Positions 12,080-24,817 are shown, numbered from the stretch's first letter. The stretch: 64,000 nucleotides of DNA from Nitrosopumilaceae archaeon (GCA_965207375.1 CBDBMG010000002.1:256001-320000); one strand, 5' to 3'. Notes: generated by a model from the sequence alone, not told the origin. Program-made: numbers and translations.

Positions 12080-13684
12080 ATGAGTGTAGCATGATTTGAT
12101 AGGTCTTTCGTGACAATTTTAATTTTGTAAACCAGTCATGATTTTTCCTGGATTGGTTTGGACAGCAAATTCAAAATACTACAATGCCCTTCGTTTATTA
12201 TTTTTATCATGTATTATAATTTGTGACCAACCTGTGGCAGCTACACCAATGTTATTTTTTACTAATAGTGTTGAGACTACAGCCAAGTTGAATACTGGCT
12301 ATTAACAGAGATCTATGAGAGTTCCTATTCGGAATCTGTAACCTGTAGTAGTTCCCGTTCCAATGTTAGTTTGTGTTTAGACATAGGATAAGAGAGTTAT
12401 AAAGATACCTTGTTTTGCTTTGAAAACATTTGGTGTATAACTTTTATTTACTTACGAACTGTTGCAAAAGTTATGTTTTCAAGATATCGACAAGTAGTTT
12501 TACATCATGTCCCTCCAGCTACACCCTTGTACTGTGGTGAATACTTAAAATTTAAATATAATAAAACATTGAACCCTCAGGCTCTAAAAATGTACAAACG
12601 TATAGCATGCAAACAATTGTACAACCTTCCCTAGTATACAATTACCTACGTAATTTCTTTGCCTCTTATCATTTTTCTTTTAACATCGCATGAAGGGGCA
12701 CTTCCATTCACTAACATGTGGCTTGTAGCTCCGAACTGTAAAAGTTTCGTACTTAAAATACCGTAATTACGATAACTTCCTTAATACACATACTAACTTC
12801 CTTAATACGCATGTGTATTATTTCGTAAAATGTGTGTAGTTTTGTGGTCATTTCATTTGTAACTATGCAGCTTCTACGCTTTGTATTAACACTTCTTTGT
12901 ACTGTCAAATGATAGTGGCTCCACTGTGACTATGATTACAAAATAGTGACTTTTAATTGCAGTCTACCATATGTGTTAATGTAATTTGCATTACGTCTAT
13001 ACAGTACACTGATAAGTTTGAAAAAGGACATGGAATGAGTAATTGAATTGTCTAAATGGTGGTCATCTTCTGAGAGGGGCGGAGGTGAGGATTGTATGTT
13101 CAGTGTTGAATATAAATAATAAAAAATAATAAAAAATTAGGATATGTGGAAGAAAGTCTTTGCATAATGAGATTGGTAAAAAATATAAACCATCATATAA
13201 AAACTAAAAAATGGCAAATACAACTAGTTGAGTCAGAGGTTAGCAGGAGTGCAGTGGCTCTTGCCAACTGTGAAGTAAAAGGGTCGCTACAGTGATGAAT
13301 ATGAGGTCAAATTGAGATGGTATACTTGATAAGTTGTATATATAGTATATTCTTCATTAGGCGCTTGTTTGTCTATAGCTACACGGTATCAGTATCTTCG
13401 AGTTGCTTCTTATGCTGAGATTGTGTGCTACTGTTTACAGTATCTGGAGTCTCCACTGGCAACTCTTCCCATTCCCGCTCGGCATAAACTGCACTACAAT
13501 TTACTGTTAAATTCAGTTACAGTTTTATTGCTAGGCCTTTCTGGCCTGGTAATACTTTGTGGGTTTACTTCTTCAGATTCTCCACTGCTAGCTCCTCTCA
13601 GTCCATCTACACTATCATATTTTGGCTCGTATTCTGGCTAACTTTTTGATGATGAATATTCCTGTAGATGTTTAAACTTTTCAC

Positions 13685-16047
13685 TAGAGATGTACCGATC
13701 TAACACTTATGAGCCGATTCGATACCAATACGATTTAAGTAGCTAGTATTGCTATACCGATATTGCACCGATCCGATACCGATTCTGAATTTCTGATTTG
13801 AATACATGTCAATACAAAGAATTTATATTCAAATTACACATTCCACTGTACCTACTGTAATTATCTTTGCCACCCAGTTCGGTTGCTTCTGAATCTTTAT
13901 TCAGTGAAACAGGAGTGATTGACAGCAACCGCAGAAGGCGATTACTTGCTGACAAGATTGAGATGTTAACTTTCATCAAACGTAATGTGCTTTCTGTGAC
14001 GAGTGATAATTCCAAATGAACTTCCTGTAAGAGACCACAAACATACCTCCTGGCCACAGTTGCTAAAGCAGAATACTGTTGTTTGTGATTTTTCCAATAT
14101 TCTAAGGGTTCTATAAATTTATCATGTTTAGGGCCCTCCATTAGGGGTTCATCAAGATAATCAGAAATCATTTTAGAAATCTTTTCCACAGAAGTGTGAG
14201 GTATTACCGTAGGGGTTTTTCCTAGTTTCTTCATAGCATTTTTGCAGCTATCCCAAACACTAAAGCCCTTCTTTTTATTGCTACTAATACTGTTTTGATG
14301 TTCTGTGCTGCTATGTTGAGTGCTATCATCAATATCCATATGTTGAAACTCTGGTTGCTGCTCATTGTGTTCATCACTGGATTGTGTCACAATTTGAGTG
14401 GATTCTTGTGATCCTTGGTGAATAGCAGACTCACAAATAGTTAAGAGTGTCTGTGTAGCTGACTCAGTTATTGCTTTCTCAAAGAATGTAGCCTTAAATC
14501 GTGGATCAAGGAGGGTGGCTATTACAAAATAATCATCGTTGTAAACATATTCGAATCGTGACTTCAATGATTCAAGCATCTCTTCCTTGGTTGTTTTAAT
14601 CCCTGAATCACTCTCTTTTGGTGTGCTTAGTTCTATTTTCAAAGTTTCTAAAAAAGGTATTACTTGTGATATGCTGGCCTCCTTAGCACTTAATTCTTTA
14701 GTGACACGCTGAATAGGCTCTAATAGTTTCACAATTTTTTCTGCTTGCTGCCAGTCATTGGCACTTAGTCGTTCAGGCAGACCATAATCAGCATCATAAA
14801 GGCTTATCGCACGACGTTGCTCTACCAGACGTTCGAGCATATAGTAAGTTGAATCCCAACGAGTGGGCTCATCTTGCATAAGCTTGTGTTCAGCCAAACT
14901 CAATTGATGCTGAATGGAATGCAGGTGGCCTATTGCAAGACTTGAGTGTTTAAAATGACCCACTATCTTTCTGCACCGTGCCAGCATGTCTATAATACTC
15001 CTTTGTACCAAAATAGAATCTTTCACCACCAACTGCAGTGTGTGTATTGTACAGCCAACAGCTGCCAATCCACATTTCCTAATGCCTGCTACCATGTTTG
15101 CTGCATTATCACGAACTATAGTGTGTACTCTTGACTTGTCAATACTCCATCCATCTAGCAGCTTTGAAATCATTTCTGATATGGCATCTGCAGTATGGGA
15201 CCCTGGAAAATGACAAACCTGGAGCACCCGTTCTTCTCTGCAAAACTCTGAATTGATGTAATGTGCAGTCCAACTGATGAATGACTCACCACCATCACGG
15301 GACCAAATGTCAGTTGTGAAGCTAATAGAGAAGTTATCTTCAGAATGGAGATCTTCAAATAGCCTTTGCCTCAACTTGGTATACATATCAGGTATAATTC
15401 TTTCTGAGAAATACTTCCTTGATGGTACAACATATCGTGGACATACATGCGCCAATAGTCGAATGAACCCTGTGTCTACCACAATTGAAAACGGCTGTGA
15501 ATCAAGAGCAATCATCTCGGCGATTCGCTTAGTAACTTTAATATGCTCAGGATGATCGTAATTCCATGGTTCCTTTTGTTCTTTGAGCTCAACGAGTGTC
15601 AATTGGCGTGATTCACTTAGCCTTCTTCGTTTTATCACTTTGCCCTCTTCTGCCTTCTTTTCTGCTTCTTCGCGCTCTTTAACAAGAAGCTCATCAAACA
15701 ATTCATGGTGAAAGCGACGTAAATGATTTCTCAAATTAGTCGTGTTAAAATTTTTAACACTCAAACCTCCCCGACTAACACGTTCTTTACAATCATTGCA
15801 TATCGCAGTCTTCTCGTCTTCTTGATCAACAATAAAATAGTTCCATATCAGGCTTCTTTTCTTCAACGCAGCCATAGCACGGCTAATTTGTTGATGGTAA
15901 TTAGTTTTAAAATTTTTATCGACTATCGGTTTAATTAAAAATAGTTATCGGATCGGTGTGAGTGTCGTATCGGTAACTCCGATACAACTTGAAATACCTG
16001 AATCGGCTACCGATTCCGATTCGAATCGGTAAATTGTTACATCTCTA
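13685..16047 (-). mobile_element. Complete hAT DNA transposon (2363 bp)
   Basis: TIR TAGAGATGTA...TACATCTCTA; perfect 8-bp TSD cttttcac at 13677-13684 and 16048-16055; subterminal cgat/atcg repeats. Confidence 0.97.
13809..15875 (-). CDS. hAT (Ac/ZBED4-like) transposase, C-terminus scrambled by an internal inversion
   Basis: BED finger (IWNYF..AICNDC..TTNLRNHLRRFH), FTTDIWS, VRDNAANM, CTIH, TRWDSTYYMLERL, ATLLDPRFK, PLEYWK..LATVARRY. The expected continuation (PSSVASE) lies on the + strand at 13861-14019. Confidence 0.92.
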   Translation of the reverse strand: MAALKKRSLIWNYFIVDQEDEKTAICNDCKERVSRGGLSVKNFNTTNLRNHLRRFHHELFDELLVKEREEAEKKAEEGKVIKRRRLSESRQLTLVELKEQKEPWNYDHPEHIKVTKRIAEMIALDSQPFSIVVDTGFIRLLAHVCPRYVVPSRKYFSERIIPDMYTKLRQRLFEDLHSEDNFSISFTTDIWSRDGGESFISWTAHYINSEFCREERVLQVCHFPGSHTADAISEMISKLLDGWSIDKSRVHTIVRDNAANMVAGIRKCGLAAVGCTIHTLQLVVKDSILVQRSIIDMLARCRKIVGHFKHSSLAIGHLHSIQHQLSLAEHKLMQDEPTRWDSTYYMLERLVEQRRAISLYDADYGLPERLSANDWQQAEKIVKLLEPIQRVTKELSAKEASISQVIPFLETLKIELSTPKESDSGIKTTKEEMLESLKSRFEYVYNDDYFVIATLLDPRFKATFFEKAITESATQTLLTICESAIHQGSQESTQIVTQSSDEHNEQQPEFQHMDIDDSTQHSSTEHQNSISSNKKKGFSVWDSCKNAMKKLGKTPTVIPHTSVEKISKMISDYLDEPLMEGPKHDKFIEPLEYWKNHKQQYSALATVARRYVCGLLQEVHLELSLVTESTLRLMKVNISILSASNRLLRLLSITPVSLNKDSEATELGGKDNYSRYSGMCNLNINSLY

Positions 16048-17249
16048 CTTTTCACTCTCTTTTGTTGAACAGTAGCTGTATTTTCTCTATAACTGTCTAC
16101 TACTGCATAAACCAGCAGGCGGATATGACATGATCGTGACCATTTGTTGGTATGCACACATATATAGCTAGCAAACTGCTAGATTACCAGTAACCTAATT
16201 GGAAAGAAGAAACTTGTAAATCATACAACCAAGTCTATGCTGTATAGCATGGTGATATTTGCAGGATATTTGCAGGGGTGGGGGATGTTTGAAGAGGTAG
16301 AGGGTGTTGGCAAGGGTGCAAGCCTTTGGAAGCCACTGTAATATTGTACTTGAAAAGTGAAAGAAGTGTGGATGGAGGCTCCAGGGAAGGACCTACCTGT
16401 TGGATGCAGCCTCTTCAGAATCAGAATTTGCTTTTTTTTCAAAATTTTGTATAAAATTATGGTATAAATTAGTAACTTGTACTTAAAGGCAGTGCGATGT
16501 TGCTGAAGCCGTTTAACTTTTTGTGATTTCACAACCTGTGAATTAACAAAAATCACATAAGAATATGTAGTTATCCCAAAATAGCAATGGAGCAAGTTAG
16601 TGTTCCGCGCGTTGGTCGTCCACTGAAGTATCCAGGAGGCTGGGGCAGTGCTAACAAGAGCATTTATTTATCTGAAAGTGTTTATCAGGGGTGGCTAGTG
16701 GTCCTAGGCACGCCTGGTGTTGTTGATGGCTATTTAATAAGACTATAACGATACGGTTCTTGTAATTATAATGAAATGTACGTACTTGTTTTGGCATGGT
16801 TTTCTCCTACTCCCGCAACGACAATTACTGGTACAGGTTGTTAAGATACATTCACGGTAATACATACTTGATAGAGACTAATAGCGTTCATTACATATAA
16901 CCCACACAATAACCCAACCAGCTTTAAAAACTATGTCTATGCAACAAGTTGTCGCATGAACTAGAGAAATGTATGCTTTAATAGAGTTATATAGCACTTT
17001 TTATGATGATAAGTATATTATTAATCTGCTCTGCAGAACTTCTGGCTAAAACCATGCCAACGCTAAATCAAAACGATTACTAGCTTCAAAAGCTATGTTG
17101 GGGTTACCTATTGTTGAATACACTAAAGCTAAGCTGGTTTGCCAACATTATTACACATGCACAGGATATTGGCCCCCTGTTCACCCTAGGTGGCCTGATC
17201 AGGTTGGTGTTTTAATTGGAACCTACTCAGCCACATCCTATACTTGGCT

Positions 17250-17700
17250 GTCTTCTGGCCTGGCCTGGCCTGCTAACTACATCATAGCATGTTGACCAGC
17301 TCATTTCTGTAAGACTGTGCCTCCCACATCCTTGGCTAACTGAATCATTAAATACATGTGGGCCATCAGACCCTTAAACATGATCACTATTTGAACTCTC
17401 ACTAGCTGTCAGGCAGGCAGAAGGCCTGAAGCCATGTTGTGATGTCATTTATTTTCTTGCAGCTAAGACCCTCTTCCTGTGGCCTTACATTTGTAGATCG
17501 GCCATCCTGAGTGATCGTTAGGGTATCACCTCTGGACGGGGTGTCCAACTCCACAAACTTTCATTTTTGGATCTTCTCCAGAAGCTTTGAGAGATTGGTG
17601 CAGTTTGCTTCACTGAATTCCCACTGCAGGACCCACTAGTATCATCAGTCAGTGATGGCATTGTTATTGTCTCTGCTGTCAATGATGGGGCCACAAAAAG
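17250..17700 (-). pseudogene. Degraded DIRS/Ngaro gag paralog
   Basis: Fragments KKINDITTWLQAF and GLMAHMYLMIQLAKDVGG align by eye with DIQSWSQAY and GLLAHIFSVLQLAKDLGG of ORF 20810..21769. Confidence 0.65.
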
Positions 17701-17895
17701 AGAGATATCTGACCCTATAACTCAAAAATGATAGACCAAGTTGAAGACTACCTTATAGAAGAACTTAGAAAAGCCATGCATGTAACATTTTCTGTAGCTA
17801 CAAAATAAAAATTTGTGAGCCTGTTGCACTTCGCAAATTTAGGACTTTGCAAACAAAATCTACTGTATGGTTTCGCATTTGCAATGTATATATAT

Positions 17896-18176
17896 ACTAG
17901 TAAATATAAAAAATTGTTAATTTCAAAAAGGAGAATAGGGATCCTGAAAAAAACTACCTAAACAAGGTGAAGATAGTGAGAGTTTGTGATTTTATTATAT
18001 TTGAGATCCCTATTTTGACTGTTGAAATGATATATGTAGTTGACCATACTACTGTCAAAATAGGGATCTCAAATATAATAAAATCACAAACTCTCACTAT
18101 CTTTACCTTGTTTAGGTAGTTTTTTCAGGATCCCTATTCTCCTTTTTGAAATTAACAATTTTTTATATTTACTAGT
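17896..18176. repeat. Fold-back, ~124-bp near-perfect arms (17896-18019, 18054-18176), 34-nt spacer
   Basis: Direct reverse-complement comparison; ACTAG outer ends; TAGGGAT...ATCCCTA in each arm. Confidence 0.95.
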
Positions 18177-18644
18177 TTCTTTAGTTTTTTCATGTCCATT
18201 GCTGGACAGTGACACCTGCATATGAAATGTATGAACAACTATCTTTATAATTGACCTGTCACTATCAATAGACATAATTAAGAAACATATCTTATCAATT
18301 TTCTCTGGACTAAATTCACTGCTAACTTTACATCTGACCATCCCTGTTCATTTCACTTCGTACGCCCCTGTTATCGATGCTCCAAGATACCAGTTGTCAT
18401 GTGTTACCATCATTTATCAGACTTTTGAACAGCATGTATAGTCAGCCATCTAGTTTAATCCAGTAACTACCTAACTATTATTATAGCTTTATTATAGCTA
18501 AATAGCTAATTACTGAGATGATAGTAGAGCTTACTATCATCTCTCAGTATGAACACCCATCTTGTAATCATGCATACGCACACAGATACCAATAGCTAAC
18601 ACGTTTGTACTGTAAAACCAATAATTACAATTACAATTACTATT

Positions 18645-19050
18645 CACGTAACAAATCTTTCTGGCAGCCTCCTTTTTCTTTTCAGGGTTGCTCTCATAAG
18701 CCTCCCTAGTGGCCTCTTTAGCAACCCGCACGGCACGCCCACTTTTAAAACTGAAGTGCTCCATCTTGTTAGTAATGTACAGCTGGTTAAACGGCTTTTA
18801 CCACGTAATGAACAACAAATACCGCGTAACCTTGCTCCTCTTTGGCAGCAACTCATGACGCGCTTCGTTACTAAGGCCCCTCCCATCAATAGTATCGATA
18901 GCAAGTGCCTTATAAAGAAACTGAAAAACAGTAGGACTTGTTAAATTGGTTACTCAGGCTTCATTTCGGCTTTAATGGCCCGAGGGGCGGACACACACAG
19001 ACGCGCGCGCACATACCGGCTTCCAGGGCAAAAGCACGCGCGCTGGTTAA
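18645..19050. mobile_element. Helentron-derived fragment (N-terminal Y..NP repeat remnant on minus strand + terminus shared with 3470-3620)
   Basis: REAYESNPEKKKEAARK resembles the REAYKKNPSP repeats of ORF 55591..56055. Confidence 0.45.
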
Positions 19051-19399
19051 ATACAATAATTAACACACCACACAATAGCACTTACCTTAGAATGGATAAA
19101 TCCACTGTGTCATTGTCCACCTTAAACAGTTGTGAACAACACTCAGCTGACAACGTGGCGCTTTCTAATTAAAGCGCCTTATCTCGGAAAACTTTGTGTT
19201 ATATATGACGCGGAAAATAAAGGACTTAGTTATTTTCCTAGCGATGAAAATAAAGGGTTGAAATCAATAGCTGAAATACGTTGCTCAGTTATAAAATCAC
19301 TTATTACAGATAGTATGGCGTTAATAAGATTGGTCACATAATGTTGAGGTCGTTTCTGCACATGCACCACGGGCGTTCGTATGGCTTCTCGATCTTTAT

Positions 19400-19788
19400 G
19401 GAGGGAGTTTTGGCTCGTATCTTCCAAACCCTTTAGAAAACGAACTTTTTAAAATATCACAGACCTGAGTAGGGGCATTTTAAAGATACGCCAGCAGTTT
19501 TTATTTCTGATTTCGAATTTGTGTGGACTGTAGATGCGCTAAAGAAGAAGAAAGAAGAAGAAGAAGATGGAGAAATCGGGGTATTTTCAACAACATGAAA
19601 AATATAGATACCATATAGCTAGGCTTTTTATACTTCGGTAATAGTCTTAGGAGTATTGAAAGAGGATCTGGGCAGTTTTTTCAACAGCATAGGAAGCTTT
19701 AAAGATGGTTTTTGGCGTACGTTCTATTAGAGTGTTTACACAATTTTTCATTGGATCCCTATTATGAACCACTACCGTGGTTCATGAT
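19400..19788 (+). mobile_element. Non-autonomous Helentron-like 3' part with (GAA)n; left end approximate
   Basis: atccctatt-atgaaccac-tacc-gtggttcat-gat at 19755-19788. Confidence 0.55.
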
Positions 19789-20134
19789 ATTTGCATATAT
19801 GATTTCAACAAAAATTCTTGCTAATGGCTGCAAATGATCCAATCTCAATATCATAATTATACTCGGGATGTTTCACAGTTTCTTGAGGTGGCCGAATATC
19901 ATTTATTAAAACATCAAGTGCCACATCAGCATTCGGCAGGCAATGATCTCATTACAAGGAAGCAACCACATTGTATTCTGTCATCAACAGTATCTGTATA
20001 ATAGCTGATGGCCGACTGCTATTTCAAGCTCTGATCAATGTTAGACATTCTGGGCTGTTCATCAGTACTCATGAGCTCGACATATTCATCACCAGGTCAA
20101 GTACCACTGCGATCCAGCTGCTCTATGTTATCTG

Positions 20135-20516
20135 AACCTTCATCAGGTTTGTGCTTCTTAGGGATTGCCCCTAAGGGACTTAAGTGAATTTCTGGAGGAC
20201 TGACTACATACCTTTGCATCCTACCCAGCTGTACTTCCCGTTCAAGGTAGGTGGTGATCACGTTGGGGTTTTTAGTTGGCATATTCTTTGAGCTTGAGCG
20301 GAGTAAGTGTCTATGATTGAAGCCTATATAAAATCCTTCTGTTATTCCTTTCAATATATAAGTTGTGAAAAAGTGGTCGGTGTGACCAGAGAGTTCCTTG
20401 GTCCAGGCCTCTACCTTAAGTGGGGAGTGACAACCTGACAACTCCCCCTGCTTGCACTCTTCCTGAGCTGGCTTGCAGGACTCCAGAGCCATCAAGTGCG
20501 GAGAGTATATGTACAT
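20135..20516 (-). pseudogene. DIRS/Ngaro RT N-terminal fragment, truncated
   Basis: SPLKVEAW..L..H.D..F..YILKGI..GF.IG...HLSPLGAIPKKHKP, then unrelated sequence. Confidence 0.8.
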
Positions 20517-20809
20517 CCCATCCCTAACACAGCTGTTTAGATGACATTGGAGGTTAGTGTCTGTAGGGGAGCAGCGCGGAACACATGAGCATAGCTATGA
20601 TCACGCCCTAAATAGGCGGAGAGCTGATCCCCATGCATTCCTTGCTGTGTGCCTAAAAATAAATGCAAGAGTATGAGCCGTGTGTGCATATTTAACCATC
20701 CCTGAGGTTGCATGGCGATTATAGGAGCTGTGTTGAGTTATAACCATCAAGATGAGAATTATACACATATGATTATTAACAATTTCATGGTAAATGAGTA
20801 ATGAGATCA

Positions 20810-21769
20810 CTAATAGGAGTCTGAAATATCAGCCTTATCAACGCTAGGACCGTCGCGGCCAGGACATTGCCTTGACCGCGACGGACAGTTGGGGGCCCTA
20901 TGAGTTCCCCCGCAGAAGTAGCAGCTGTGGGAGAATCTACATCCTGACTTCCTGCATGCTTTCTCAAAATTCCATGCTCGGCATCCGCGGAGTCCTGAGA
21001 CAGAGCTTGTTCCACCTTTTGGGCCTGACTCCAGCAGCTGGGAGAAGGGAGCTACTCTTTGCTGGGATGCCATGCACTGGCAAAATATCGGTAAGTTCAG
21101 TTCTCCCCAGCTCCTTAAGTTTTTTGCTGCTGCCCACTCCCTGAAGGACTTGTCGTAGTGAAGCCATTGGCTGCCACCCAGGTCTTTCGCCAGCTGCAGT
21201 ACACTGAATATGTGGGCTAGTAAGCCGGCTGATTCTGGCTTGGTGGTGGAGTCGGCTGAAATTAAAGCAGCTGCATACATGGAATATGCCTGCGACCATG
21301 ATTGAATATCCAAGGCTATCTTTCTTTTCTTTGTGGGGTTGGTGGATGGAGATACCACCAGCGCCTGGCCATTGAACACAACTGTGGATGAACTGTCGTC
21401 GGGAGTATCATTTGCCAGCAGCGTGGCAAGGTCTATATACTCCCATCTCCTGATCCAACACTTTCGATAGGATAGGGGGGTGCCATCTGCGACTAGCACC
21501 GAAGAGGTGCTTGGCTGGTTTTGACCTTGCTCTGCTCCTGTAGATAGCTCGGCTAGCTGCTGAACTTGAAAGGCTGGTAGAGTTGGGGTTGTCCTCACCA
21601 ACGACACCTCTGCTGGCAGGCAAGCTAAGGCTGGGAGAACAGCTCCTATAGAAGGACGAGACAACATGAGGTTCTGTTGTCGCCAACCGGCCCTTGGGTT
21701 TTGTCCCATATTGAGGCTGCCCGCTAGGGCTGTCTGGTAACAGTTTCCCTTGGTTTGTACCTGGACCAT
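20810..21769 (-). CDS. DIRS/Ngaro gag-like ORF1
   Basis: EYIDLATLL, W..YDKSFR.WAA and C-terminal CRAWN...C....CRFSHSCYFCGGTHRAPNC fingers; lies directly upstream of the RT fragment. Confidence 0.82.
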   Translation of the reverse strand: MVQVQTKGNCYQTALAGSLNMGQNPRAGWRQQNLMLSRPSIGAVLPALACLPAEVSLVRTTPTLPAFQVQQLAELSTGAEQGQNQPSTSSVLVADGTPLSYRKCWIRRWEYIDLATLLANDTPDDSSSTVVFNGQALVVSPSTNPTKKRKIALDIQSWSQAYSMYAAALISADSTTKPESAGLLAHIFSVLQLAKDLGGSQWLHYDKSFREWAAAKNLRSWGELNLPIFCQCMASQQRVAPFSQLLESGPKGGTSSVSGLRGCRAWNFEKACRKSGCRFSHSCYFCGGTHRAPNCPSRSRQCPGRDGPSVDKADISDSY

Positions 21770-23699
21770 TAGCTACTATAACAATCTCTCATCTATGGCT
21801 CTGGTAAATGGTATGACCTTGCATGAAGCCTTGTTTACTTCCAGTGTGGTGGACTGCCCCCAGTCAAGCCAGGTGAGCTTGCACAGAGCCCATGGTGATT
21901 TTCCAACTGTTTATTCACACCTAGCCCTGCCGGGAGCACTTGCTGCCTAGGACCCATGGCTTAGATGACTTGCCGCCTAGGACCATGGCCCTGAGGGTCT
22001 GCTTCCTGCCACAGGTCTGTGGCCAGGTGTATTTGCCGCCAAGAATAACTGTATTAAGATCTGCATTTTCACTGGCATCTGGAGCTAGCGCCAGTATTAA
22101 CATCAGGCTATCACTGGATCTTTGAGTGCACATGAAAATTTATTTTAAATATTGCCATCTAAAATCCAGGTATTACATGCATATGTACAAAAAACCAAAG
22201 CTTTTGTATCATCATTAGGTAGAGTGCCAGGTATTACATGCATATGTATGAAAAACCGAAGCTTTTGTATAGGATTTTACCAATCAATAGTCATAAACAG
22301 TGTAAATCCAGTGTCCTCTGTAAGGCCTCACGACTTGGCCACGATCCATTTCTTAAGTATTCAACACACAGTAGCTGAAGAAAGTTGATGTCGAAAGGCC
22401 AAAATCTTGATTAGGAGGATTTAATTGCAGTTTCATTAAGGTTAATATAATAATAAATGATTCAAAATATAATATAAATGATTCAAAAGGGCTAAGCTTA
22501 CTGTTTACAGAAAAAGATAGCACTTATATATCTGGGTAGCATTCCACTTCCATTGTCTCGGACAAGAATTGCTATAAACAAACAACAATAACAAAGAAAT
22601 AAAATCAAACAAACTCAAACAGTGCTAATAGTAAGGAATTCCTGAGTAAAAGATAAAATACTTTTTGTCTACCTGTAGCTGTTCTCTAGTAGGATAGCCA
22701 CTACTAACTTCTTCCCGTTTGCATTGATTACTATAAAGACCTGGTTAAGCATTCGCAAAATTAAAGTCGTGATAGTCAAAAACTTGGGATTTGTGAAATT
22801 TACATCTCTCAAATTTTGTACATAGTTACATGGTAAATAGCACATGCATGACTGTTCATTAACAACTTTTTTGTTGGAAAAGTGTTGCAAGCATCAAAGC
22901 TTGATGAAGCTTTAACATTGCATGATCAAGTACCATTGTTGTGGGATCCTCTCCAAATGCCAAACAAGCTATTGTTGCAATAGCATAAATCCCACACACA
23001 TTTTGTATGTATTTAAATATTACAATATATTGTTATGTTCTGGAATCTGTAACAGGATAATTTAATAAGTAATGCATTTACAAAGCGCATTTCTAACCTG
23101 TTGCTGCCACCAGCTGCCAGAGGTGGTGGTGGTGGAGGTGGTGGTCCTACCCTTCTTGCGAGGCCGCTGCCAGGGCCTCTCTCTATTTTTCCTTTTTCTC
23201 CTATGCCTCCTTGGAGCCAGCGGCATTGCTGGATGAGGAGAGAGAGGAGTAGGAGGAGCTCGTGAAGGCGTTGGCCCCTCCTCCTCCTTGTCCATAGATT
23301 ATCGCAGTGTTTCTTCGCTTGACATTCTATAAAATAATAAGGTTATAAACACGGCAAGCATACATGAGCCATGCAACTCACCAAAGGTAAGGTTCAACAA
23401 AAACCTGCTAAATGAGTATTGTCATGGATATTTTATTTTGATATGTTATCTAGCTAATAAACTCCTGTAAAGGTGGTAGTACAAAAGAGCCAATAAAATA
23501 ATATTAGGTGTAGTTCCAATTTGGTGCAAAACAGCTATCACACAAGGGTAATGCATATACAGTGACTTCATTCATATACACACTCGCACAGAGACAAGTG
23601 ATATTCAACTTTGTTACCTTTGATACTGCAACTGTAAAACATCTCAGCCTACTCATCCATTTTACTGGCCCCTTTGATGTTTATTAGGTGATACTTGCA

Positions 23700-23820
23700 A
23701 TATAGAATTGAGCAATATCTAAAAGAATCACCTCTTACACCATTTCAGCATGCTAACTCTTACTTCTGTTTTGTACAGCTGACAAAATTAGCAAGACAAT
23801 ACCTTGCACCTCCCCCACAT
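23700..23820 (+). pseudogene. hAT dimerization-domain scrap
   Basis: IEQYLKE.P...LTKLARQYLAPPP. Confidence 0.45.
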
Positions 23821-24817
23821 TGGTTAGTATGTTATCGTGATAAACTCCCGATTCATTGCAACTACGTTTCCAAGCAACTCGTACCACTTCTTTTTTATCA
23901 AGTGCTGTTTTCCTCCTAGGGATTTAATTAATTCGTGTTTTCTGTGTTTTTATTTGGTTTGTGGGATTTTGTTATTAGTTGGTAGGTTTTCCATTTTTCC
24001 CATATTTTTGGTTGTATTTTCCAAACACTACTGTTGAATTACCAACGTTAGCTACATACATGCAGCCATGTTGCACCACAGTGCATGATACAGTAGTTTC
24101 AGAATTACTTGGATCTCCAGCAGAAGTTTTTCCCATGAAATGTCATTTAAATTATAGTGATATGGCCATTTACGTAAATAAGTTGTTCATGCAGTGTATA
24201 TCAGTATATGTGACTGGATTTAAGAAAACTGACCGTATTGTCCTTTTTTGTGTTTCAAGAAATCTGAATTTCAAGAAATCTGAATTTGAAATATTCAAGA
24301 CACTGCAGTTGACTGAAGCTTGATTGTAGCCACACCAGATTTGCATCATACGAACACCAGTCTTATACCTAGCATTGCATGATCAAAAGTTTTTGAAAAC
24401 TTTCTGTAATATCACGATTGTTGTGTATAAGATGTTGGTTGGGTGGGAGAATGGTGGTGGAAAGACGGGTGGGTCCAGGGAAGTTGAGACCCAGGCAGCC
24501 AAGGTGTTTGTTCAGTAACTAACACAAACAGCTACAATGGGCCCAGACCATGACAAGGGGAGAAGTGGACGTTGACCAGCCCCCATGTTGATTGGTGCCA
24601 CTAAGTGCCAATATGTAATGAGGATACCACAAAACTATATAACAGTAATTGTTACATAGCTAAAATCATTATAGTTGTGTTTGTTTGCGTACCAATGCCT
24701 GCACTTTTTCATGAAGAAGCTTTACCGTGAAGAGATTTCCTAGATCTGGAGTGGGATAAAATCTTCACAAATTTTTAGTAATAGACACCACAATCTCACC
24801 TAAACAGCTAATAGCTG

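Noticed and set aside
13809-15875. Domesticated ZBED host gene
   Set aside because: Flanked by TIRs and a perfect TSD; a recent transposon insertion.
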